Source of the DNA: Candidatus Binatia bacterium
Lineage (GTDB): Bacteria > Desulfobacterota > Binatia > UBA9968 > JAJDTQ01
Reading direction: 5' to 3'
DNA: 64,000 nt
Assembly (NCBI GenBank): GCA_963666515.2
Contig: OY762897.2
Span: forward strand, 1,088,001-1,152,000
Part shown: piece after piece, positions 46,567 to 55,249 of the stretch
Layout: every line of letters begins with the position of its first letter
How positions within the stretch are numbered: the stretch's first letter is position 1
The notes under the pieces: generated by a model
What the model saw: only the letters and a program-made list of their open reading frames with translations
What the model was told of the DNA's origin: nothing
Database searches by the model: none
Translations under genes and position numbers: made by a program

Positions 46567-47118
46567 TTACAACGAGCGCTTCTTCTGCTGCTCCCGCAAC
46601 GCCTCCAGGTTCTGCCGCGCCCCCTCGGCGAAGGGATGCACGGCCAGGGTCGCCTCGAAGGCGCTGATGGCGGCCTCTTCATTGCCCATGGCCGCCATGA
46701 TGAGCCCCAGGCCGGACAGCGCGCCGAAGTGGCGCGGTTCGAGTTCCAGGGTCTTGTCGATGTCCTTGACCGACGCGCGGTAGTCGCCCATCAGATAGTA
46801 GACCGTGGCGCGCTTGTTCCAGGCCTCGGCGAAACCGGGTTCGAGGTCGATGATTTCACCGAAGGTTTGGATTGCGGCCGGGTAGTCCCGGGCCGACATC
46901 TGCACCAAGCCCCGGCGCATCAACTCGTTGATCCGGTCGTCATCGGATCGATGCCAGATGGCCCAAATGAGATTCGTCACCCGGGCCGCGTCGTCGGTGT
47001 CGTCGGTGGTCTGCAGGCGGTTGAACAGGGCGTCCAGCCGCGGGTCTGTCTGATCGGCCATGGGGTTCAGCGGTGCGCTTAGCAGCAACGCGACGATAAC
47101 GGCAGCCACATTTCGCAC
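46567..47118 (-). CDS. Exported TPR protein
   Basis: Signal-like N-terminus, PGFAEAWNKRATVYY, LEPRHFGALSGLG. Start inferred at GTG 47118. Confidence 0.8.
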   Translation of the reverse strand: MRNVAAVIVALLLSAPLNPMADQTDPRLDALFNRLQTTDDTDDAARVTNLIWAIWHRSDDDRINELMRRGLVQMSARDYPAAIQTFGEIIDLEPGFAEAWNKRATVYYLMGDYRASVKDIDKTLELEPRHFGALSGLGLIMAAMGNEEAAISAFEATLAVHPFAEGARQNLEALREQQKKRSL

Positions 47119-47202
47119 GGTTGCAGCATATAACGCGGTCGTCCTGATCGAGTCAAACTCCCCGTCTTGGCACGATGGGAAGAATTTGCTAATTTTCCCG
47201 GA

Positions 47203-47227
47203 AACAAGGATATAGTGAATCCTTGTT
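47203..47227 (+). promoter_or_regulatory. Inverted-repeat operator over the -10 box of the TA operon
   Basis: AACAAGGAT-N7-ATCCTTGTT overlapping TATAGT (47211-47216). Confidence 0.6.
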
Positions 47228-47284
47228 CCCTTGTTTTCTTGGCTTATTTTCGTTGGCTTGCTTTGTTTCCGTGGGGAGTGGCCG

Positions 47285-47509
47285 ATGCTCGCAAAACTTA
47301 CCTCCAAGAATCAGTTGACGTTGCCGAAAGCCATGTTGGCCGGTCTCCAGGGCTGCGAGTACTTCGACGTCACCAGGGAGACGGGCCGCATCGTCCTGAC
47401 ACCGGTGCGGGTGACCCGCGCTGACGCCGTACGCGCCAAGTTGGCCGAACTGGGCGTGGAGGAAGACGATGTGGCCGAGGCGGTGGCGTGGGCGCGCCGG
47501 CCCGGATGA
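47285..47509 (+). CDS. AbrB/MazE-type antitoxin
   Basis: MLAKLTSKNQLTLPK...GRIVLTPV. ATGA overlap with the PIN gene. Confidence 0.88.
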   Translation: MLAKLTSKNQLTLPKAMLAGLQGCEYFDVTRETGRIVLTPVRVTRADAVRAKLAELGVEEDDVAEAVAWARRPG

Positions 47510-47928
47510 CCGCCCCGCGTCTCGTGCTCGACAGCAACGTCGTGTTGTCGGCCTTGCTGTTTCCTGACGGATCGCTTTCCTGGCTGCGCCGCCGGTGGCA
47601 GGCCGGGGAAGTCGTGCCGCTGGCGGGCCGGGATACCACACTGGAGCTGATCCGAGTGCTGTCATACCCGAAATTTGCTCTGACCTCCGTTGAGCAGGAA
47701 GATCTGCTGGCCGACTACCTCCCCTGGTGCGAGACGGTCGTCGTGTCGAAGCAGCCTTCGGTGCCGCATTGCCGCGACCCCTTCGATCGTCCGTTTCTTG
47801 AGTTGGCGCTGGCAGCGCGGGCCGACGCGCTGGTCACCGGCGATGCTGATCTGCTGGCGTTGGCGCCGGCGTTCTCCGTTCCCATCATCACGCCCAAGGC
47901 CCTGAGAGATCAACTGGACGCGCGATGA
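47506..47928 (+). CDS. PIN-domain (VapC-like) toxin
   Basis: VLDSNVVLSALL, CRDPFDRPFLELA, LVTGDADLL. Confidence 0.9.
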   Translation: MTAPRLVLDSNVVLSALLFPDGSLSWLRRRWQAGEVVPLAGRDTTLELIRVLSYPKFALTSVEQEDLLADYLPWCETVVVSKQPSVPHCRDPFDRPFLELALAARADALVTGDADLLALAPAFSVPIITPKALRDQLDAR

Positions 47929-48093
47929 GACCGCGCCACCGCTGTAGCGGCCGGTGTCCGGCCTCTGGTTCGGTTGCGGTCCGCGAATGCCCGGGTTGCA
48001 AATCGGTTTGATGTATCTCATATCAAGCGCAATAGACGGCAGTTGACCGGGATGGTGCCCGGTGACCCTCAAACCGAAGGGAGCCAAGCGATC

Positions 48094-49041
48094 ATGGGAA
48101 CCACACTGATCACGGGAGTGGGCCTTGTCGGCACGTCTTTCGCCCAATGCGCCCTCAAGCGGAACGAGAAGCTGGTCTTCTACGACTTCATGCCGCGCAC
48201 GGAGTACCTGCACCGTAAGCTCGGCACCGCGGACGTGGCGGTGGTGCAGAAGGACATCCGCGACCTGCCGGCGCTCACCGAGACGATGCAGCGCTACCGC
48301 CCCGAGACCGTCGTCCACACCGCCGGACTCATCGGCGGACGGGTGCAGGAGTCGCTCTACAACGGGCTCCAGATCAACGTCATGGGGACCATCAACGTGC
48401 TGGAGGCGGCGCGGCTCACCGGGGTAAAGCGTTTCGTGCTGATCAGCACCTTCGGCGCCTATGACCGGCGGCGCCAGGGGGACAAGCCCACCCACGAGGA
48501 CATGCCCCGTGGTCCGGGAGCCGGCTACGGCAACTCCAAGGCCACCAAGGAGCTGATGGCCGAGGCGTACCAGCGGCTGTACGGCTTCGAGCTGTTGACG
48601 CTGCGGCTGGCCAACGCCTACGGGCTCGGGCACTTCTGGGGCGGCTCCGGCGGCGGCGAGAAGGTGCAGATGCTGCTGGAGGCGGGCATCCGCGGCGAGG
48701 TCGCCCGGATCCCCCAGGCCCAGACCATGACCTTCGAGTACGTCTACGCCAAGGACGTGGGGCGCGCCGTGGACCTGGCAACCACGGTCCCGGTGCCCGA
48801 GAAGACCACCTTCAACATCGGCGTGGGCGAGGTGACGACCTTCGACGACCTCGTGGCCGCGGTGGAACGGCAGTTTCCCAAGCTGGAGGTGGAGGTGATT
48901 CCCGGCAAGCCGCCGGACGTGGCCGTCAGCGTGCCGCTGGACATATCGCGGGCGAAGCAATACCTGGGCTGGGAGCCGGAATACACCATGGACGCCGCGT
49001 TCGAGGACTACGTCAGGGACCTCCGGGCGGTCATGGAGTGA
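48094..49041 (+). CDS. NAD-dependent epimerase/dehydratase
   Basis: ITGVGLVG, VHTAG, NVMGT, YGNSK. Confidence 0.88.
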   Translation: MGTTLITGVGLVGTSFAQCALKRNEKLVFYDFMPRTEYLHRKLGTADVAVVQKDIRDLPALTETMQRYRPETVVHTAGLIGGRVQESLYNGLQINVMGTINVLEAARLTGVKRFVLISTFGAYDRRRQGDKPTHEDMPRGPGAGYGNSKATKELMAEAYQRLYGFELLTLRLANAYGLGHFWGGSGGGEKVQMLLEAGIRGEVARIPQAQTMTFEYVYAKDVGRAVDLATTVPVPEKTTFNIGVGEVTTFDDLVAAVERQFPKLEVEVIPGKPPDVAVSVPLDISRAKQYLGWEPEYTMDAAFEDYVRDLRAVME

Positions 49042-49709
49042 GCATGGAACTGCTTCACTGCGTGTACGAGCCCGAGGGCGAGGGTCCTCATCCGACCATC
49101 CTGGCGCTGCACGGCCGGGGCGCCAACGCCATGGACCTGCTGGGCCTGGCGCCGCACCTGTGCGCCGGTGCGTTCCGGGTCATCTGCCCCCAGGCGCCGC
49201 TTGAGGTGGCCGTCGGCCCGGGCATGATGGGCTACGCTTGGTTCCCCATGTCCACGGGCGGCGACATCGACACCGCGGCCTTCCTTTCCGCGCGTGACCG
49301 GCTGCGCACGTTCGTGGACCAGTGCGCCGGACGGTACCCCCTGGGAGGCCGCAAGCTCGTCCTGCTGGGCTTCAGCCAGGGCGGCGGCATGGCCTACAGC
49401 CTGGGATTGTCCGAGCCGGACCGTTTCGCCGGCATGTGCGTCCTGAGTTCCTGGCTGCGGGAGGGGACGTTGAGCGCTCTCGGCGTGGCCGACCGCGTGG
49501 ATTCCCTGCCGACCCTCGTGCACCACGGCAGGCGCGACGAGCTGATCGAGCTGGAGCGGGCCAAGCACTCCATAACCCTGCTCAAGAAGCTGCACGTCCC
49601 GGTGGACTACACCGAGTACGACATGGGCCACGAGATCACCTCCCAGAGCCTCGCCGACCTGTCCAAGTGGCTCCAGGAGAAAGTGCTGCCGGAGCCGATC
49701 CTGCTGTAG
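49038..49709 (+). CDS. Phospholipase/carboxylesterase
   Basis: LHGRGAN, GFSQGG, HGRRD, MGHEI. Confidence 0.9.
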   Translation: MSMELLHCVYEPEGEGPHPTILALHGRGANAMDLLGLAPHLCAGAFRVICPQAPLEVAVGPGMMGYAWFPMSTGGDIDTAAFLSARDRLRTFVDQCAGRYPLGGRKLVLLGFSQGGGMAYSLGLSEPDRFAGMCVLSSWLREGTLSALGVADRVDSLPTLVHHGRRDELIELERAKHSITLLKKLHVPVDYTEYDMGHEITSQSLADLSKWLQEKVLPEPILL

Positions 49710-49783
49710 GGCCGCCTCGCCCATCCGTCATTGTAAAACTCTTCTCGTTGTCGGGGGGTTCGGCCAAGGGCTATACTGGGGCC

Positions 49784-51364
49784 ATGCGCTTCTTCAACAC
49801 GACCGGCCCCGTCGTTCCCGCGGACCACTACTGCATCCCGCCCCTGGAGCGGCTGGATCTCGACGACGTGCTGGGCTTGATTCGCGACAAGCGCTATTTC
49901 GTGCTGCATGCGCCCCGGCAGACCGGCAAGACCTCGACGCTGCTGGCGTTGCGAGACCTGCTGAACAGCGGCGCCGCGGGCGGTTACCGTTGCGTGTACG
50001 TCAACGTCGAGGCCGGACAGGCGGCGCGCGAAGATGTGGGGCAGGCCATGCGCGCCATTCTGAGCGCGCTGGCCACCTGGGCGCGCTCGACTTTGCACGA
50101 CGAGTTCCCGGGCAAGGCTTGGCGCGGCATTCTGAGCGAGTCCGGTCCGCACGGTGCTCTGGGCGAGGCTCTGACCCGCTGGTCCGAGGCTGACCCGAAG
50201 CCGCTGGTGCTGCTGATCGACGAGATCGACGCGCTGGTGGGCGACACCCTGCTGTCGGTGCTGCGCCAGCTCCGGGCGGGATACGTCCTGCGCCCGCAGG
50301 GCTTTCCACAGAGCGTCATCCTGTGCGGCGTGCGCGACGTGCGCGACTACCGCATCCATTCCAGCGCCGAGAAGCAGGTCGTTTCAGGCGGGAGCGCGTT
50401 CAACGTCAAGGCTCGCTCGCTGCGCCTTGGGGATTTCTCCGGCGAGGAGGTTCCCTCGCTGCTCGCGCAGCACACCGCGGAGACGGGGCAGGCGTTCATG
50501 GAAGAGGCTCTGGAGGCGGTGTGGACGCAAACCCAGGGGCAACCGTGGCTGGTCAATGCGCTGGCTGACGAGATATGTTTCCGCCACAGACCGGGCCGTG
50601 ACCGCAGCCGGCCCGTCAGTGCGGACGCGGTGATCGAAGCCCGGGAACGGCTGATCGGGCGCCGGGAGACCCACCTGGACCAGTTGGCCGACAAGCTCCA
50701 GGAGGACCGCGTGCGCCGGGTGGTGGAGCCGTTGCTGAGCGGCGGCGACGAGCGCGAGTTCTCGGCGCGGGACCTCGAATACGTCCGCGACCTTGGACTG
50801 GTGGCGGGGGATGCCCCGCTACGCATCGCCAATCCCATCTACGCCGAGGTGGTGCCGCGGGAGCTGACCTTTGCGGCCCAGGCCGGGCTGGTGCAGGACG
50901 TGGCCTGGTACGTGGACGCGGTCGGCGGACTGGAGGTGGGCAGGCTGCTCAGAGCCTTCCAGGAGTTCTTCCGTGAACACTCCGAGCACTGGGTGGCGCG
51001 ATTCGACTACCAGGAGGCCGGGCCGCAACTCCTGTTGCAGGCGTTCCTGCAACGGGTGGTGAACGGCGGCGGCCGCATCGAGCGGGAATACGGCCTGGGG
51101 CGGGGCCGTACCGACCTGCTCATCGTCTGGCCCCAGGGGGAGCGGACGCGCAAGTTCGTGATCGAGTGCAAGGTGCTGCGCAGGACCCTGAACCGCACCA
51201 TCACCGACGGCCTTGAGCAGACCGCGGCCTACATGGACTGTTGCGCCGCGGAGGCGGGCCACCTGGTCATCTTCGACCGGGACGCGGGCAAGACCTGGGA
51301 GGAGAAGGTGTTTCACCGCCGGGAGCCGGTCGGGAGCGTCGAGATCGACGTGTGGGGCATGTGA
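49784..51364 (+). CDS. AAA-like ATPase fused to C-terminal PD-(D/E)XK nuclease-like domain
   Basis: MRFFNTTGP, Walker A APRQTGKTS, Walker B LLIDEID, C-terminal EREYGLGRGRTDL...FVIECK. Confidence 0.85.
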   Translation: MRFFNTTGPVVPADHYCIPPLERLDLDDVLGLIRDKRYFVLHAPRQTGKTSTLLALRDLLNSGAAGGYRCVYVNVEAGQAAREDVGQAMRAILSALATWARSTLHDEFPGKAWRGILSESGPHGALGEALTRWSEADPKPLVLLIDEIDALVGDTLLSVLRQLRAGYVLRPQGFPQSVILCGVRDVRDYRIHSSAEKQVVSGGSAFNVKARSLRLGDFSGEEVPSLLAQHTAETGQAFMEEALEAVWTQTQGQPWLVNALADEICFRHRPGRDRSRPVSADAVIEARERLIGRRETHLDQLADKLQEDRVRRVVEPLLSGGDEREFSARDLEYVRDLGLVAGDAPLRIANPIYAEVVPRELTFAAQAGLVQDVAWYVDAVGGLEVGRLLRAFQEFFREHSEHWVARFDYQEAGPQLLLQAFLQRVVNGGGRIEREYGLGRGRTDLLIVWPQGERTRKFVIECKVLRRTLNRTITDGLEQTAAYMDCCAAEAGHLVIFDRDAGKTWEEKVFHRREPVGSVEIDVWGM

Positions 51365-51365
51365 C

Positions 51366-52223
51366 TCACGCCAGGTAGATGGCGACGATCCCCGTGATCA
51401 CGAACAGCGTGGCGACGCCGGTGCGGAGGTTCACCTGCTCGATGTCGCGGGAGAAGAGCAGGGTGCCCAGCAGCACCCACAGCGGCGCCACGCACACGAT
51501 GGGTCCCACCACCACCACGTTGCCGATGCCCAGCGCCTTCACCAGCGACCAGATCCCCACTGCCTCGAAGACGCCGGTGACCAGGAAATAGGGCATGGCG
51601 CGCCGGTCGAACACGATGTTCGCCCTGGCGCGCGGGTTCATCAGGTTGAACACCATGGGGCTTAACGCCGATATCCCCATGACCGCGCTCAGGAACAGCG
51701 GCTCGTTGGCGAGGGTCAGCCCGTAGCGGCGGATGGGGTGGTTCACGCCGGCGGTGAGGGCGGCCGCCAACGGGAAGATGAGTTCCCAGGTGCGGTAGGT
51801 CGTCTGCTGCTGGGGTTTCCACGAAAGCTGCACGATGCCGAACACCACCGAGCCGGTGCCGAACAGCAGCAGCGGGGTCACCGTCTCGTGCAGGAAGATC
51901 ACCGCCAGCGCGGTGCCGAACAGGGGGTTGGTGGCCTGGACCGTGCTGGTGACACTGGCGCCGAGGCGCGCCACGCCGTGATAGGCGAACATCCGCGTGC
52001 CGAGCTGGATCCATCCGCCGGCCACGAAGCAGGCGGTGGCCAGCAGCGGAATGGCCGGGATGCCGCCGGTCATGAAGACGATGGCCCACAGGATGGCGCT
52101 GTTGACGGTCAACGCCACGTAGGCCGCGGTCGCCGGCGTGGAGTACACCAGCCCCCGCCGGGTGGCCAGAAAACAGCCGGCGTAGAAGAACGAGGTTACC
52201 AGGGCGAGGAACTGTGGCGACAT
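51366..52223 (-). CDS. DMT/EamA-family transporter
   Basis: About 10 TM segments, PLFGTALAVIFLHE. Resembles 18320-19201. Confidence 0.85.
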   Translation of the reverse strand: MSPQFLALVTSFFYAGCFLATRRGLVYSTPATAAYVALTVNSAILWAIVFMTGGIPAIPLLATACFVAGGWIQLGTRMFAYHGVARLGASVTSTVQATNPLFGTALAVIFLHETVTPLLLFGTGSVVFGIVQLSWKPQQQTTYRTWELIFPLAAALTAGVNHPIRRYGLTLANEPLFLSAVMGISALSPMVFNLMNPRARANIVFDRRAMPYFLVTGVFEAVGIWSLVKALGIGNVVVVGPIVCVAPLWVLLGTLLFSRDIEQVNLRTGVATLFVITGIVAIYLA

Positions 52224-52341
52224 GGACGGCCCGTCATCCTTCTTGACACCCAATCCAAGGGTTCGTTAACTAGTGCTGGTGTGCGGGGTAAAGGAAGATA
52301 CCGGTTTCGAGTCTAGGTGAATTCTGCCGAGGAGACAAATC

Positions 52342-53430
52342 ATGGCACGGAACGGACACCCTCTGGTGGTGGATGCCGACGCCCACGTCATCGAGACGGA
52401 GCGGACCTGGGACTACCTTGAAGGCTCCGACAAGAAGCACCGGCCCGCGCTGTTCGGCGGTCCGGACGTGGACCGGCAGTACTGGGTCATGGACGGAAAG
52501 ATCCGCGGGGTGCGGTTGCCCACCCTGAACGAACAGCAGCTCGAGGAGTTGTCGGAAAAGACCGGCCGCAGGCTCACCACCCCGCAGGCGTCCCGCGAGC
52601 TTGACGACGTGGACCTGCGCGTGGCCCAGCTCGACGAGCTGGGAGTGGACGTCCAGGTCATGCACAACACGCTCTGGATCGAGCGCGTGGCGGACCGGGA
52701 GGACGCCGAAACCGCGCTGTGCCAGGCGTGGAACCGCTGGATGGCCGACGTCTGGAAGGCCGGGAAGGGAAGGCTGCGGTGGTCCTGCGTCATCCCGGCC
52801 ATGACCCTGAGCGAGGCGCTGCCGCAGATCCGCTTCGCGCGCGAGCACGGCGCGGTGGCGGTGTGCCTGCGTCCGTTCGAGGGCGACCGGCACCTGGTGG
52901 ACCCGTACTTCTACCCCGTGTTCGAGTTGGCGCAGGAACTGGACATGGCCATCGGCGTGCACATCGCCAACGGCAGCGCCGGGCTGATCTCCCACTTCCG
53001 GCCCCGCTACGACCGGACCGGCGGCTTCGCGCCGTTCCGCGTGCCCACGGTGCTCACCTGCCTCCAGCTCATCATGAGCGAGGTGCCGCAGGTCTTTCCG
53101 AAGCTCCGCTGGGGTTTCATCGAGTCCTCGGCCCAGTGGGTCCCCTGGATCGTCAACGAGGCGAGGCGGCGCGCAGGCGCTGCCGACTACCCCGACAATC
53201 CCCTGAAGGCGTTCAACATCTATGTCACGGCGCAGACCGACGACGACTTCCCGTTCGTCCTGAAATACGCGGGCGAGGACAACCTCGTCATCGGCACGGA
53301 CTACGGCCACATGGACGCCTCCAGCGAGGTGGACGCCATCACCCGGTTCAGGGCGGATACGACGGTGGAAGACGAATCCAAGCGCAAGATCCTGAGCGAC
53401 AATCCCATGGCGCTCTACGGCATCGAATAG
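52342..53430 (+). CDS. Amidohydrolase_2-family protein (paralog 1)
   Basis: VDADAHVIE, DPYFYPVF, GVH, FPKLRWGFIES, IGTDYGH. Confidence 0.88.
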   Translation: MARNGHPLVVDADAHVIETERTWDYLEGSDKKHRPALFGGPDVDRQYWVMDGKIRGVRLPTLNEQQLEELSEKTGRRLTTPQASRELDDVDLRVAQLDELGVDVQVMHNTLWIERVADREDAETALCQAWNRWMADVWKAGKGRLRWSCVIPAMTLSEALPQIRFAREHGAVAVCLRPFEGDRHLVDPYFYPVFELAQELDMAIGVHIANGSAGLISHFRPRYDRTGGFAPFRVPTVLTCLQLIMSEVPQVFPKLRWGFIESSAQWVPWIVNEARRRAGAADYPDNPLKAFNIYVTAQTDDDFPFVLKYAGEDNLVIGTDYGHMDASSEVDAITRFRADTTVEDESKRKILSDNPMALYGIE

Positions 53431-53459
53431 CGGCGGGCAGGGACGAAAGGAGAACGGCA

Positions 53460-54548
53460 ATGTCCGGCAACGGAACGCACATGGTAGTGGACTCGGACGC
53501 CCACGTGGTGGAGACCGAGCGCACGTGGGACTATCTGGATGCTTCGGAGAAGAAATTTCGCCCGCAGCTCTTCGGCGCCCCGGAGGATTTGACCACGCAG
53601 TACTGGGTGCTGGACGGCAGGGTGCTGGGATTCCGTTTCCAGAGCCTGAGCGAGAAGCAGCTCGACGAGGTGTCGGCCAAGGCCGGGAGGCAGATGCAGA
53701 CGCCGCAGGACGCCCGGGAACTGCGCGACGTGCAGTTGCGTCTCGATCACCTCGACGAACTCGGCATCGATGTCCAGATACTCTACAACACCATGTGGAT
53801 CGAGCAGGTGACGGACCACGCCGACGCCGAGATCGCCCTGTGCGGGAGCTGGAACCGCTGGATGGCGGACGTGTGGAAGCAGGGCGGCGGACGCCTCCGG
53901 TGGGTCTGCGTAGTGCCGGCCATGACCATGAGCGAGGCCCTGGAGCAGATCCGCTTCTCCAGGGAGAACGGCGCCGTGGGCGTCTGCCTTCGCCCCTTCG
54001 AAGGCGACCGGCACCTGGTGGACCCGTACTTCTACCCCATCTTCGACGAGGCCCAGCGTCTCGACATGATGATGGGCATCCACATCGCCATCGGCAGCCC
54101 CAGGATGGCGACGCAGTTCCGGCCCCGCTACGACAGCGGCGGCGGATTGCCGGTGTTCCGCATCCCCACCGTCTCCCAGTGCTTCACGGTGATGATGAGC
54201 GAGGTGCCCAAGGTATTTCCGGACCTGCGCTGGGGCTTCATCGAGTCCTCCGCCCAGTGGGTGCCGTGGGTGGTGAACGAGACCATCCGGCGGTCGGGGA
54301 CCGCGGAATACCCCGACAACCCCATGAAGGCGTTCAACATCTACGTGTCGGCCCAGACCGACGACGACTTCCCCTACGTTCTCAAGTACGCGGGCGACGA
54401 CAACATCGTCATCGGCACCGACTACGGCCACACCGACGCCTCCAGCGAGGTGGACGCGTTCACGATCTTCAACGGCAACGACACCATTTCGGCCGAACAG
54501 AAGCGGAAGATACTGAGCGACAACGCCAAGACGCTTTACGGGCTGTAG
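53460..54548 (+). CDS. Amidohydrolase_2-family protein (paralog 2)
   Basis: Colinear paralog of the preceding gene. ATG 53460 follows AAAGGAG. Confidence 0.88.
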   Translation: MSGNGTHMVVDSDAHVVETERTWDYLDASEKKFRPQLFGAPEDLTTQYWVLDGRVLGFRFQSLSEKQLDEVSAKAGRQMQTPQDARELRDVQLRLDHLDELGIDVQILYNTMWIEQVTDHADAEIALCGSWNRWMADVWKQGGGRLRWVCVVPAMTMSEALEQIRFSRENGAVGVCLRPFEGDRHLVDPYFYPIFDEAQRLDMMMGIHIAIGSPRMATQFRPRYDSGGGLPVFRIPTVSQCFTVMMSEVPKVFPDLRWGFIESSAQWVPWVVNETIRRSGTAEYPDNPMKAFNIYVSAQTDDDFPYVLKYAGDDNIVIGTDYGHTDASSEVDAFTIFNGNDTISAEQKRKILSDNAKTLYGL

Positions 54549-54592
54549 GGCGTGTCGAGACCCCGCTCAGCCAAGGTAAAGGACACCGCACC

Positions 54593-54620
54593 CGTCATTC
54601 CGGCGGAAGCCGGAATCCAG
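54593..54620. repeat. GTCATTCC-type REP-like palindrome
   Basis: CGTCATTCCGGCGGAAGCCGGAATCCAG between convergent genes. Confidence 0.75.
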
Positions 54621-54654
54621 AGGTGGGGAAGGGGGGTGTCGGCGTTTTACATCA

Positions 54655-55218
54655 TCAGCCCTTGAACGGGCTCGTCACTTGGTAGCAGAAGCTGCTGAAA
54701 AGCGGGCTCGTGCTCAGTCCTGTCCAGACGAACAGCTTGCCTTCGGCGAAGAAGATGTGCATGCCGCAGTCGAACACCAGCACGACCCCGGCCAGCACGG
54801 CTACGGTGATGCCGATGACCGCCGACCACCTCTCGCCGGCGCACTTGAGATAGAGCAGCGTCACCAACCCGATTCCGAACTGGAAACCCACCAGCCAGAT
54901 GGACGCGGCGAAACCCAGGATCCAGCCGATGATGCTGGCCGTCCGGCGCCGTTCCTCGGCCGGGTCCATGGCTTCGGCAGCCTGCTGGTTCAACAGCGCG
55001 GCCCCGAAAGGGTCTTCGTCGCCATCGCGGGCGGCCGCGTCCGTTCGTCCGAGGATCTCCCGAACGAGTTGCAGCGCCAGCAGCGTCGCGGTGGGCAGGC
55101 CGATGAGCCAGGCCATGAGGCTTGCCTGGATGTCCCAGGCGCTGGCTTCCCACAGCGCCCAGGCCATGAGCAGGAACAGCGCGCCGGTGAAGACGGCGGA
55201 ATAGCCGCGAAAGCTCAT
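54655..55218 (-). CDS. TctB-like small membrane subunit
   Basis: Hydrophobic 187-aa protein downstream of the tctA-like gene. Confidence 0.75.
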   Translation of the reverse strand: MSFRGYSAVFTGALFLLMAWALWEASAWDIQASLMAWLIGLPTATLLALQLVREILGRTDAAARDGDEDPFGAALLNQQAAEAMDPAEERRRTASIIGWILGFAASIWLVGFQFGIGLVTLLYLKCAGERWSAVIGITVAVLAGVVLVFDCGMHIFFAEGKLFVWTGLSTSPLFSSFCYQVTSPFKG

Positions 55219-55249
55219 GGGATCGTCTCCAAGGCGCGGTCGTGGAAGC

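Noticed and set aside
47995-48012. LacI-like operator (GCAAATCGGTTTGA) upstream of the epimerase gene
   Set aside because: Weak palindrome and no cognate regulator nearby, so support is insufficient.
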